A DNA stretch of 58,359 nt from an uncultured Planctomycetales bacterium (GCA_964400065.1 CAYNSM010000002.1:1-58359); one strand, 5' to 3'. Positions 11,922 to 19,734 are shown, numbered from the stretch's first letter. Translations and numbers: made by a program. The notes: generated from the sequence alone by a model not told the origin.

Positions 11922-14417
11922 TCAACTTTTCTTTCTCTTGATCCCAGAACGCGTATTGACGGTCCGTGTGATGTGCGCTTGTTCATCACGCGAAATAAGT
12001 TTCCATAATTCAATAGTAATACCCTGTAGAGACTCAGTGTCCTGACGCAACAAAGCGCGCGCACCTTCCTCAAGCAAATCTGTGGCACGCTTCTGATCTG
12101 TGAATCCCTTGAAATCTTTTTGCCGCAACTCCTGAAAAGCGCCAATCCAAAAATCTTTTTGCCTAAATAAAATTTCCCATTTCAGATCATTAATATCTTC
12201 CAACACTTTATTCAAACGTTTGCTGTCATTAAAAATGATAGCCTTATCAGCATCTTTCTTTAGCAAAGCCAACCGGTCGGCATATTCAGGATTTGCACCA
12301 AAGTTTTCGACGATATCACTCGCGTCAGCCAAACGATCCCTATAATCCTGTAACAATGCCGGCCAAAGCACCATATTCTCGGCGGCATCCAAATATTCCT
12401 TTAATTCCTTAATTCTGCGATCCGCTTTTTCAACCGCAATCACATCCCCACCACCAGCAGCGGTAATTTCGCGCCCAATTTCTGCAAAACAAGTATTAAC
12501 CAAAACGACAACTTCAGCCAAAGAAATTTTTAAACCGACGGCCTTTTGCTCCAACTGTTTCCAGCGAACCTCTTGACGCTCAAGAATCAGAGAAAAATCC
12601 TTAATATCCGGCAACGGCGAAGTCATATTAGGAATTTTCATTGAAAACTTCTGGTCTAATACCGGAATAAAAGCTTCAGCTGAAACACTGCGCGACTGAT
12701 CAACAAAAATCGTAACTTCAACGTCCGAGTTAACGGGAATTTTCCGTCCAACATCCGTCCCCCTAATAACCAAAGTCCCCAAATGACGATTTAATTCAAA
12801 GCGGTCGCTCTCACCTTCGCGCACGGGAATCTCAATAGCTTCTTGGTCCTGCCCCGGATGAATGTCTTTGGCCGCATGATATGTATAAGAAGCTTTTACC
12901 GGTAAAGAAACGCCTTTATTGAGTAATCTATCAAAATTCCCGTCGTGCAATTCCACTCCAATAGAACGCGCCAATGGTGGGGCGCCGACGGACATCCCCT
13001 GATTGATCGAAAAAGAATCACGATCAACCGGCAACTGATTGCCGTTTTCATCAAACAAAACGACTTCAAAAGTATTAACGCGATTAGCCCGCAGATGAAG
13101 TGTTGTAAAAAAAGTATTATTCTTAATCTCAAGCATGCTGCTTTGCCAATCACCCGAAACGCTTCGAATTTGCACCTTAATACCCGGCGATAAAGTTTGC
13201 GTAAATATTTTTCCAGCTACACTAGCTTCCAAAGCTGTTGTCATCGGCTCATAGTTCAATTCCAAATTAACCAACCGATTGTCGTTACAAGTCGAGGCTA
13301 AACCAAGCAACTGAGAAGCAGCATAAATCGCCGCACCCTGAGCTACAACAGTCATCGGATCTACCGAATAATTAATCGGGATGTGGAACTCATTTTTTAG
13401 CCGTTCCCGAATATAGGGGATCTGTGTCGGACCACCGACTAGAATCAAATGTCCTATATCTGAGGACAAGAGTTTTTGATTTTTCAAGAGATTACGAAAA
13501 AGTCGAATACTTTTTTCAACATCTTCTTCAATCACAAAGTTTAACTGTTCTCGGTTAAAAGGGATACAAAAGCTAACAGATTTGCCATCATGATCTTTAA
13601 GGCTTTCCATTTCTTCAACGATAATTTCTGTCTTGTCATTTTGGGAAAGATTGATTTTCGCCTCCTCCGCCGCATATTTAAGAACAGCATTAAGCAAGCC
13701 GTAACAGGTTGTGCGCCCCAGATTCGGCAAGTTATACATTTGACGCAATTGCGGATAAATAATTTCCTCGACGATGCGCCAATCAAAGTCACCGCCCCCC
13801 AAATAATTATCGCCGCCATGATCAACAACAACCAAGTGCCCCTCACGCGACGACAACAGTGCCACATCAAAAGTCCCGCCACCTAAATCATAAACAATCC
13901 AGTAGCCTTTGGGCATTTTTTCCATAAAGCCATACGCAATAGACGCAGCGATCGGCTCCTGCAGAAGAGGCGCAAACTCAATACCAGCCAATTTTGCGGC
14001 AGCTGCCGTAGCTTGCGATTGAGTCATTTCAAAACAGCAAGGAACAGTAATAACCGCGGCGCTTAAATCCGGTTCGTTTGGCAGACGCAAACCAACGGTG
14101 GCCTTGAGATCCTTAAGAACTTCAGCAGATAATTCTTCAGGCTTTAGTACACGCCCAGAACGAACAAAAGTTTTCGTCTGGCGAGTACCCATAAGGAGTT
14201 TAAATGCAGAGAATGTATTTTGACTGTCAACATAAAGACGACTATAGGCGCTTTGCCCAACAATAATACCACCTTTCTCGTCAATGCGCACAACCGAGGG
14301 AGTAATTTCACTTTGCTTAAAATTTTTCAGTACCTTGACCTGCCCGTGCTCCATAAGCGCGATCGCAGAATTGGTCGTTCCAAGATCAATGCCAAAATCA
14401 ACAGTTAGCCGGCTCAT
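11922..14417 (-). CDS. atypical Hsp70 family ATPase (831 aa)
   Basis: ATPase motifs FGIDLGTTNSAIA, VITVPCCF, IVYDLGGGTFDVALL and LILVGGPTQIPYI are intact. SBD-beta-like PLARSIGVELHDGNFDRLLNKGVSLPVKAS is present. It carries extra internal and C-terminal sequence relative to DnaK. Confidence 0.9.
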   Translation of the reverse strand: MSRLTVDFGIDLGTTNSAIALMEHGQVKVLKNFKQSEITPSVVRIDEKGGIIVGQSAYSRLYVDSQNTFSAFKLLMGTRQTKTFVRSGRVLKPEELSAEVLKDLKATVGLRLPNEPDLSAAVITVPCCFEMTQSQATAAAAKLAGIEFAPLLQEPIAASIAYGFMEKMPKGYWIVYDLGGGTFDVALLSSREGHLVVVDHGGDNYLGGGDFDWRIVEEIIYPQLRQMYNLPNLGRTTCYGLLNAVLKYAAEEAKINLSQNDKTEIIVEEMESLKDHDGKSVSFCIPFNREQLNFVIEEDVEKSIRLFRNLLKNQKLLSSDIGHLILVGGPTQIPYIRERLKNEFHIPINYSVDPMTVVAQGAAIYAASQLLGLASTCNDNRLVNLELNYEPMTTALEASVAGKIFTQTLSPGIKVQIRSVSGDWQSSMLEIKNNTFFTTLHLRANRVNTFEVVLFDENGNQLPVDRDSFSINQGMSVGAPPLARSIGVELHDGNFDRLLNKGVSLPVKASYTYHAAKDIHPGQDQEAIEIPVREGESDRFELNRHLGTLVIRGTDVGRKIPVNSDVEVTIFVDQSRSVSAEAFIPVLDQKFSMKIPNMTSPLPDIKDFSLILERQEVRWKQLEQKAVGLKISLAEVVVLVNTCFAEIGREITAAGGGDVIAVEKADRRIKELKEYLDAAENMVLWPALLQDYRDRLADASDIVENFGANPEYADRLALLKKDADKAIIFNDSKRLNKVLEDINDLKWEILFRQKDFWIGAFQELRQKDFKGFTDQKRATDLLEEGARALLRQDTESLQGITIELWKLISRDEQAHITRTVNTRSGIKRKKS

Positions 14418-14845
14418 GTGCTGACCTTATTGGACTTTTGTATTTTCCCTTGTCCGACAATGACTTCGCCCTGAAAGATCTGGACACCATTAGAACAAAT
14501 AGAAGGCTTTATAGTTTCGATAACACGGCAAACACCTGCGGGAAGGTCATCAACTTCTTCAATATAAATTGCTTTTAAACTACAGCCATCAATATAAATC
14601 TCACCCCTAGGATCATGAATTTCAATATTATATTTTTCAAAAACATGACGCATCCGTTGCATTTGATCAGCAAATGCTTTTTGCGCATCTTTACTTAAAA
14701 AAGAACTCAACTTGCCAAAACGCTTTTCTAAACGCCAAAACTCGACGGCCATCTCAACAAAGAAATCCAAATGGGCTGACTTTTCTTGATTCATAACTTT
14801 CTTACGATTAATGTCTCTCCTTAGTCTAGCGTGCGAAACGTTCAT
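14414..14845 (-). CDS. short GrpE-like putative nucleotide exchange factor
   Basis: 143 aa, or 126 aa if ATG 14794 is the start. The N-terminal half is helical. The C-terminal IEIHDPRGEIYIDGCSLKAIYIEEVDDLPAGVCRVIETIKPSICSNGVQIFQGEVIV follows the GrpE beta-domain pattern (G..fDP..H.A....G.V..V...GY...g.viR.A.V.V). The gene sits between the J-like and Hsp70 genes. Confidence 0.55.
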   Translation of the reverse strand: MNVSHARLRRDINRKKVMNQEKSAHLDFFVEMAVEFWRLEKRFGKLSSFLSKDAQKAFADQMQRMRHVFEKYNIEIHDPRGEIYIDGCSLKAIYIEEVDDLPAGVCRVIETIKPSICSNGVQIFQGEVIVGQGKIQKSNKVST

Positions 14846-17021
14846 TGTAAGACATAATCATATCTTGCTGACGCTTAAATTCGTCCTGATACTGTTGATA
14901 CTTTTTTTGGGATATTTCAATCGCCTGATTTTGTTCACGAACCAAATCATTATGCTCGTTGACCCAAAAATTATACTCAGGACTATCCGGATTTGTCCCA
15001 ATCTTATTGTCCAAACGGTTAATCGACGACTGGCGAACCTCGTTTTCACGCCGCAACATTTCAATCTCAGTTTCCATACCTATGATCTTTTCTTTATGTT
15101 GTTGAATTTGTGCCTTAACCTGCGCCGCTTCTTGAAGTAAAACAGCATCCCCAGTGGAAACAGGCATCTCCACAACAACAGGAATCATGTTTTCTCTGGG
15201 CGTTTGGGCTTGCACCTGTGATGGGACAATTGCTGGAACAACAGCAATAACAGCCGGTGCAGCTTTCATTAAAACCGACCGTCCATTTGCTAGAAAACTT
15301 GACTGCGAAGCAATATTCTCTTGCAAAGTCTTTACATTTGTAGTTCGCAAAGGTTCTTCTTGCGATGAAAAAACTTTAGAAATAACATCCGTCGGCGGAA
15401 TAGGCGTTTTTGATGAAAGCTCAATCGCCGTCCAGACCGAAAAGACCGATGCAGCAACAAGAATAAGTCCGACAACCCATGCAAAAACTGGTTTTCGCCT
15501 TGAATCTTTAATAATACGAGGCTTAGCAATTTCACATTCGATGCCCTTCATCCAGTCGCGTTTAACACTTTCTAATTCTTCTTTAAAAGCATCATTCTTG
15601 GCCTCGACCGCCCAATCAATCGCTTCTTTCATGATGCTTTGCGCCTGTCCATAGGCCTGGTACTTATTATGGACTTCAACAGAAATCAATTTCAATTCCT
15701 TAGCCACAAGCTCGCGCAAAATCATTTGCAATTTTTCCGTCATAAAAGCTTCACCCGTCGAAAAAACGGACTTAACGTTATGGATATATTGTTCCTTAAT
15801 ATTTAATATCTCCTCTAACGGCGCGCTGTCATTGAGGGGGTTAATCAGCTTAGTCGCTTCATTACTATATTGTTCAATCGCATCTGCGGCGATCCGTTGC
15901 GCATCTTTTTCACACTCCATTTTTAAAGCGTCTGAATACAAATTCCTGTAAGCCTCATTCATACTTTCCAAAGCACCTAAAACATCGCCGCTTTTATTTA
16001 ATTTCCAGGACAATTGGTGAAACGATTTGGCAATTTTTTCGCGCGAAACGCCAAAATCCGTCATCCCATTGCGGTCTACAATACTGCAATCTTCAATAAA
16101 GGGTTTAGCGCTATCACGATATTTATAAAAGAGGTTTTTGTACAAAGCCCCATCTGCTTTATCCTCGGCAACTTTTCTTTCACGGACAAATTCATCGCAA
16201 AGTAAGTTGATACTTTCAATACGCGAATTAAGAACAGCGTTAAGACCTGACTTATAAAGATCGACCGGCATATCAGCATTTTCAAGAATTTCGATATGCT
16301 TATCTAATATCGACAAATCACGATTTCCCAAAGCTTTAGTCATAAGGAAAAAATGCGCAGAAAGAGCATTATTAAGCGCACTTTCCTTGATTTCATCCAT
16401 GGAAATATTTTGCACACGCCGATCTTGCATGCCATCAATACGCTTTTTAACCACGTCCCAAAAATTTTCGTTTGCGTGTAAAAAATTAAAAATCCGCAAA
16501 ACTACCGCCCAATTTTCTGGACTCTTAGACATATTCTCAAAAAGGACAATAACCTGTTCGTCCTGCGATATCAGTTCATTTCGTAAGAGGATCGATTGAA
16601 AAAGGACAAAAAGATTATGCAAAGCCGTTAAAGCTTCTGACGTCGTTAATGCAAAAATTTTCGGCTCATAAAGCTGATCAACAGTCAGCCCGCCAGCCTT
16701 GAGCCAAATATCAAACGCCACTTGAAACCGGCTGTCACATAAAGCCTGAACGGCCTGCGCGTCACATTCTGATTGCAGCCAGAACCAAGACAATTCCTGT
16801 TTAATGCGGCGTACTGGATCTTCCAAACGCTGAACAGCGCTGGCAATATTCTCCTCGCTACGATCGAGTGGCCCTAACCACACAAAATCATGTTCATATC
16901 CACCATCAAAATTGACTGATTTCTTTACTTTAATTTCATTAGCCCGTGCCACAATCTGTGAAGTCGTCGCATTAGTCAAAAGCCCCAAAACCCTAAACGC
17001 ATTATTCTGATATAGATTCAT
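14826..17021 (-). CDS. membrane-anchored J-domain-like protein (no HPD) with an extracytoplasmic coiled coil
   Basis: 731 aa with ATG 17021 and SD GAGGAG. The N-terminus AFRVLGLLTNATTSQIVARANEIKVKK...LEDPVRRIKQELSWFW resembles J-domain helices but lacks HPD. A single TM helix spans residues 511-534, preceded by KDSRRK. The C-terminus is Q/E/K/R-rich and heptad-like. Confidence 0.6.
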   Translation of the reverse strand: MNLYQNNAFRVLGLLTNATTSQIVARANEIKVKKSVNFDGGYEHDFVWLGPLDRSEENIASAVQRLEDPVRRIKQELSWFWLQSECDAQAVQALCDSRFQVAFDIWLKAGGLTVDQLYEPKIFALTTSEALTALHNLFVLFQSILLRNELISQDEQVIVLFENMSKSPENWAVVLRIFNFLHANENFWDVVKKRIDGMQDRRVQNISMDEIKESALNNALSAHFFLMTKALGNRDLSILDKHIEILENADMPVDLYKSGLNAVLNSRIESINLLCDEFVRERKVAEDKADGALYKNLFYKYRDSAKPFIEDCSIVDRNGMTDFGVSREKIAKSFHQLSWKLNKSGDVLGALESMNEAYRNLYSDALKMECEKDAQRIAADAIEQYSNEATKLINPLNDSAPLEEILNIKEQYIHNVKSVFSTGEAFMTEKLQMILRELVAKELKLISVEVHNKYQAYGQAQSIMKEAIDWAVEAKNDAFKEELESVKRDWMKGIECEIAKPRIIKDSRRKPVFAWVVGLILVAASVFSVWTAIELSSKTPIPPTDVISKVFSSQEEPLRTTNVKTLQENIASQSSFLANGRSVLMKAAPAVIAVVPAIVPSQVQAQTPRENMIPVVVEMPVSTGDAVLLQEAAQVKAQIQQHKEKIIGMETEIEMLRRENEVRQSSINRLDNKIGTNPDSPEYNFWVNEHNDLVREQNQAIEISQKKYQQYQDEFKRQQDMIMSYNERFAR

Positions 17022-17060
17022 CTCTCAAATCTCCTCTAACCTCTCGCTATACAAAAGTAT

Positions 17061-17093
17061 ACATATATATGTACCATCTCGCACACATATATG
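17061..17093 (-). promoter_or_regulatory. two AT-rich palindromes in the leader of the J-like/Hsp70 module (candidate operator/promoter region)
   Basis: ACATATATATGT (17061..17072) and CATATATG (17086..17093) are each perfectly self-complementary and share the CATATATG-type core. They lie in the 77-nt gap 17022..17098. I could not pair a convincing -35/-10. Confidence 0.25.
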
Positions 17094-17098
17094 CAAAT

Positions 17099-17953
17099 TT
17101 ACTTTTTGTAACTCTCTAAAATCTCTTTGATCGTTGTTTTAGCCTTCCAATCAAATGTATTTTCAGCTTTGACAGAACTCACCGGCGAAAACATTGGCGC
17201 ACTTTGATCCACACAATGGATTGCGCTTCGAGAACAACAAATATCCTTAATCATTTGAGCTAATTGATCCAAACGAATGTGGTCACTTGACGCAAGATTA
17301 TAAATACCCGAAACATTTTCTTTTTCAATGACCTTAACAAAAGCATCAACAATATCTTCAACAAACAAAAATTGCAAAACCAATCCTCTGGGAGCAAAAA
17401 TTTCCAGCACTTCCCCCAAAGATGCCTTGCTAAAAAAAACCGGAATAACCGCCTTGGGAGGTTGTCCAGCTCCTACAATATTGACGGAGCGAAAAATCAA
17501 CAAATTCTGAGAATCAATATTTTCATAGCAAAGTTGTTCAGCAGCTAACTTGCTTTTTTCATACTCTTGCAAAGGCAAAAGCGGACTATCCTCATTAATA
17601 AGCTTACCTTGATTCAAATAAACTTTTGTGGTCGACAAAAATATAAAATGGTCAGCCTGCACTGATTTAAGAACACTTTCTGTTCCAAGGACATTAACCA
17701 AGCGATAAAGGTCAGCATCCGGATGACCGACATGCGTCACATTGTACGCTGCCAAATGAAAAACAAAATCAAAATTATTTTTAAGCGTAAATACCTTGGT
17801 TATATCTTTGCGATAAAATTCTCTAAATCCCGGGAACAACGGATCAGCGCGATCCAAGCCGTAAACATCACACCCAAGATCAATCAATCGCCGACAAAGT
17901 GCTTGCCCGACAAAGCCGTTAGCTCCGGTAACAAGAATTCTAGCAGCCTTCAT
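17099..17953 (-). CDS. NAD-dependent epimerase/dehydratase family (SDR) protein
   Basis: 284 aa with a VTGANGFVG Rossmann motif and a YEKSK catalytic pair. Confidence 0.8.
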   Translation of the reverse strand: MKAARILVTGANGFVGQALCRRLIDLGCDVYGLDRADPLFPGFREFYRKDITKVFTLKNNFDFVFHLAAYNVTHVGHPDADLYRLVNVLGTESVLKSVQADHFIFLSTTKVYLNQGKLINEDSPLLPLQEYEKSKLAAEQLCYENIDSQNLLIFRSVNIVGAGQPPKAVIPVFFSKASLGEVLEIFAPRGLVLQFLFVEDIVDAFVKVIEKENVSGIYNLASSDHIRLDQLAQMIKDICCSRSAIHCVDQSAPMFSPVSSVKAENTFDWKAKTTIKEILESYKK

Positions 17954-17957
17954 AAAT

Positions 17958-18698
17958 TTAATTCTTTTTTGCCTGCTTTTCTTCGAATTTCTTCATCAAA
18001 ACAGTTGCATTGTAAAGCGATTCAAAGCTGCCAGCATCCGTCCACGGACCTTTAAGGATAGAATACGACAAAACTTCTTCCCGCGCATAATACGAGAGAA
18101 CATCAGTAACTTCATATTCGCCACGCGGACTTTTTTTCAAGTCCTTAAGAAGCGTAAACACTTCGGGCAAAAACATCCATAACCCAGTGTTAACATAATT
18201 TGAAACCGGAACCTGCGGTTTCTCAACAATACTCTTGATGCGCTTTCCCAAGAATTCGACAACTCCGTATTTTTGGGGATCTTTAACTTTCGCGATGAGA
18301 ATTTTTGCTTTAAATTTTTCCTTCTGCGCCTTAAAATCGTCGACAAACTTTCCAATATCTTCACAAACAACATTATCACCTAAAATTACCATAAACGCCT
18401 GATCACGCACAAAATCCTGCGCCAAAAGTAACGCCGCCCCCGTACCTGTGTTGCCTTCTTGAATTTCATAACTAAAATGCGCGCCCCACTCTTTTCCGGA
18501 ACCCAACAGTTGGAAAAAATCACCCACATGTTCCCCACCGGTGACAATCAAAATGTCCTTGATCCCCGCCTTAAGTAAAGTTTCTAAAGGATAATAGATC
18601 ATTGGTTTTTTATAAACCGGCAAAAGATGCTTGTTTGTAACCTTCGTCAAGGGCCGCAAGCGCTTGGCGCTGCCACCAGCCAAAAGAACACCTTTCAT
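17958..18698 (-). CDS. sugar-1-phosphate nucleotidyltransferase, short RmlA-like (probable glucose-1-phosphate thymidylyltransferase)
   Basis: The track start 18713 is TTG. ATG 18698 gives an ATGA overlap with the rfbB stop and the typical N-terminus MKGVLLAGGSAKRLRPLT. NTP_transferase fold. Directly downstream of the dTDP-glucose dehydratase gene. Confidence 0.8.
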   Translation of the reverse strand: MKGVLLAGGSAKRLRPLTKVTNKHLLPVYKKPMIYYPLETLLKAGIKDILIVTGGEHVGDFFQLLGSGKEWGAHFSYEIQEGNTGTGAALLLAQDFVRDQAFMVILGDNVVCEDIGKFVDDFKAQKEKFKAKILIAKVKDPQKYGVVEFLGKRIKSIVEKPQVPVSNYVNTGLWMFLPEVFTLLKDLKKSPRGEYEVTDVLSYYAREEVLSYSILKGPWTDAGSFESLYNATVLMKKFEEKQAKKN

Positions 18699-19711
18699 TT
18701 TTTTGCCCCCCAAAATCCACCGACAAAACGATTGTCCAAATTATTCTTAAGCGGCCGCCACCACACCTGATTTTCTTTATACCAGCTGACTGTCTTTTGA
18801 AGTCCGGCAGCAATATTGTATTTTGGTTCCCAGCCTAATTTTCTTAACTTTGCGCAATCAAGGCTGTAACGAAAATCGTGCCCAGGCCGATCGGCGACAA
18901 ACTTGATGAAAGACACATCCTTATGCATCAATTTTAAAATTTGCTTTGTCAATTTAATATTGGTGCACTCCTGACCTGCGCCGACATTATAAACTTCGCC
19001 ATCCTGCCCCGCTTTTACCAAACAATCAATAGCACTGCAATGATCTTCGACATAAAGCCAATCCCTCATTTGCTTACCCTCGCCATAAACTGGAACAGGC
19101 AGGCCATCAAAAAGATTTGTAATAAAAAGCGGTATCACTTTTTCGGGATAGGCTGACGGACCGTAATTATTGGCCGCGCGGGTAATAATAACCGGCAAAC
19201 CAAACGTTTTAAAAAAACTGTATGCAATTCGCTCTCCGCCTAACTTGGAAGCCGCGTACGGATTTCGGGGCAAAGTTTCAGAATTTTCTTTAAAGCTCCC
19301 TTTTAAAATTTGACCATATACTTCATCTGTTGAAATTTGTATAAATTTTTTTAGATTCCTTTGTTTTCGAGCTTCTTCTAAAAGCGTGTAAACGCCAAAA
19401 ATATCTGTTTTCAAAAAAGACTGCGGATCATCGATGGATCGGTCGACAGCTACTTCAGCAGCAAAGTTCACAACAATATCCGCTTTAGCCATTGCTTTAG
19501 CGACAACTTTAGCATCGCAAATATCACCTTTAATAAATTCAAAATCCCCGCGTTTAAGATACTCCCGCACATTTTCCAAACTCGCCGAATATCCTAATTT
19601 ATCCAAAACACAAACTTTAATATTCTTGTATTTACGATAGAGATAATGCACAAAATTGCTGCCGATAAAACCAGCCCCACCCGTGACAAGATATTTCAAT
19701 GTTTTAGCCAT
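18695..19711 (-). CDS. rfbB: dTDP-glucose 4,6-dehydratase
   Basis: 338 aa with VTGGAGFIGSNF, ISTDEVYG, YAASKLGGE, NNYGPSAYPEKVIPLFI and RDWLYVEDH. Confidence 0.92.
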   Translation of the reverse strand: MAKTLKYLVTGGAGFIGSNFVHYLYRKYKNIKVCVLDKLGYSASLENVREYLKRGDFEFIKGDICDAKVVAKAMAKADIVVNFAAEVAVDRSIDDPQSFLKTDIFGVYTLLEEARKQRNLKKFIQISTDEVYGQILKGSFKENSETLPRNPYAASKLGGERIAYSFFKTFGLPVIITRAANNYGPSAYPEKVIPLFITNLFDGLPVPVYGEGKQMRDWLYVEDHCSAIDCLVKAGQDGEVYNVGAGQECTNIKLTKQILKLMHKDVSFIKFVADRPGHDFRYSLDCAKLRKLGWEPKYNIAAGLQKTVSWYKENQVWWRPLKNNLDNRFVGGFWGAKK

Positions 19712-19734
19712 GCCAATTTCCTGATTTTATAAAG

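Larger units (their letters stand above)
10505..17021 (-). other. five-gene coupled module: J-like membrane protein, GrpE-like, atypical Hsp70, Ser/Thr kinase, FHA protein
   Basis: Junctions are a 20-nt overlap (14826..14845), an ATGA overlap (14414..14417), an 11-nt gap (11911..11921) and a GTGA overlap (10846..10849). The module is preceded by a 77-nt AT-rich gap with SD GAGGAG. Confidence 0.8.

Noticed and set aside
11900-12145. Nested minus-strand ORFs in alternative frames (also 12896..13153, 13541..13882, 51864..52046, 45052..45291)
   Set aside because: They sit inside longer ORFs that carry clear Hsp70, ABC or GT2 motifs. They show no independent start signals and no motifs.
15154-15654. 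Plus-strand ORF of 166 aa inside the J-like gene, and similar plus-strand ORFs such as 2188..2679, 7009..7488, 38869..39291 and 57782..58306
   Set aside because: All are antisense to minus-strand genes that have strong family motifs. Their products are compositionally odd (S/T/P/A-rich or K/I-rich), as expected for reverse-frame shadows in a strongly one-stranded array.
10505-17021. Reading the Hsp70 / GrpE-like / J-like genes as the ordinary dnaK-grpE-dnaJ heat-shock operon
   Set aside because: The J-like protein lacks HPD, a G/F region and the CxxCxGxG zinc finger, and it is membrane-anchored. The GrpE-like protein is truncated. The Hsp70 is 831 aa with extra segments. There is no CIRCE-like inverted repeat or hrcA. 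The genes are fused in one unit with a kinase and an FHA gene.
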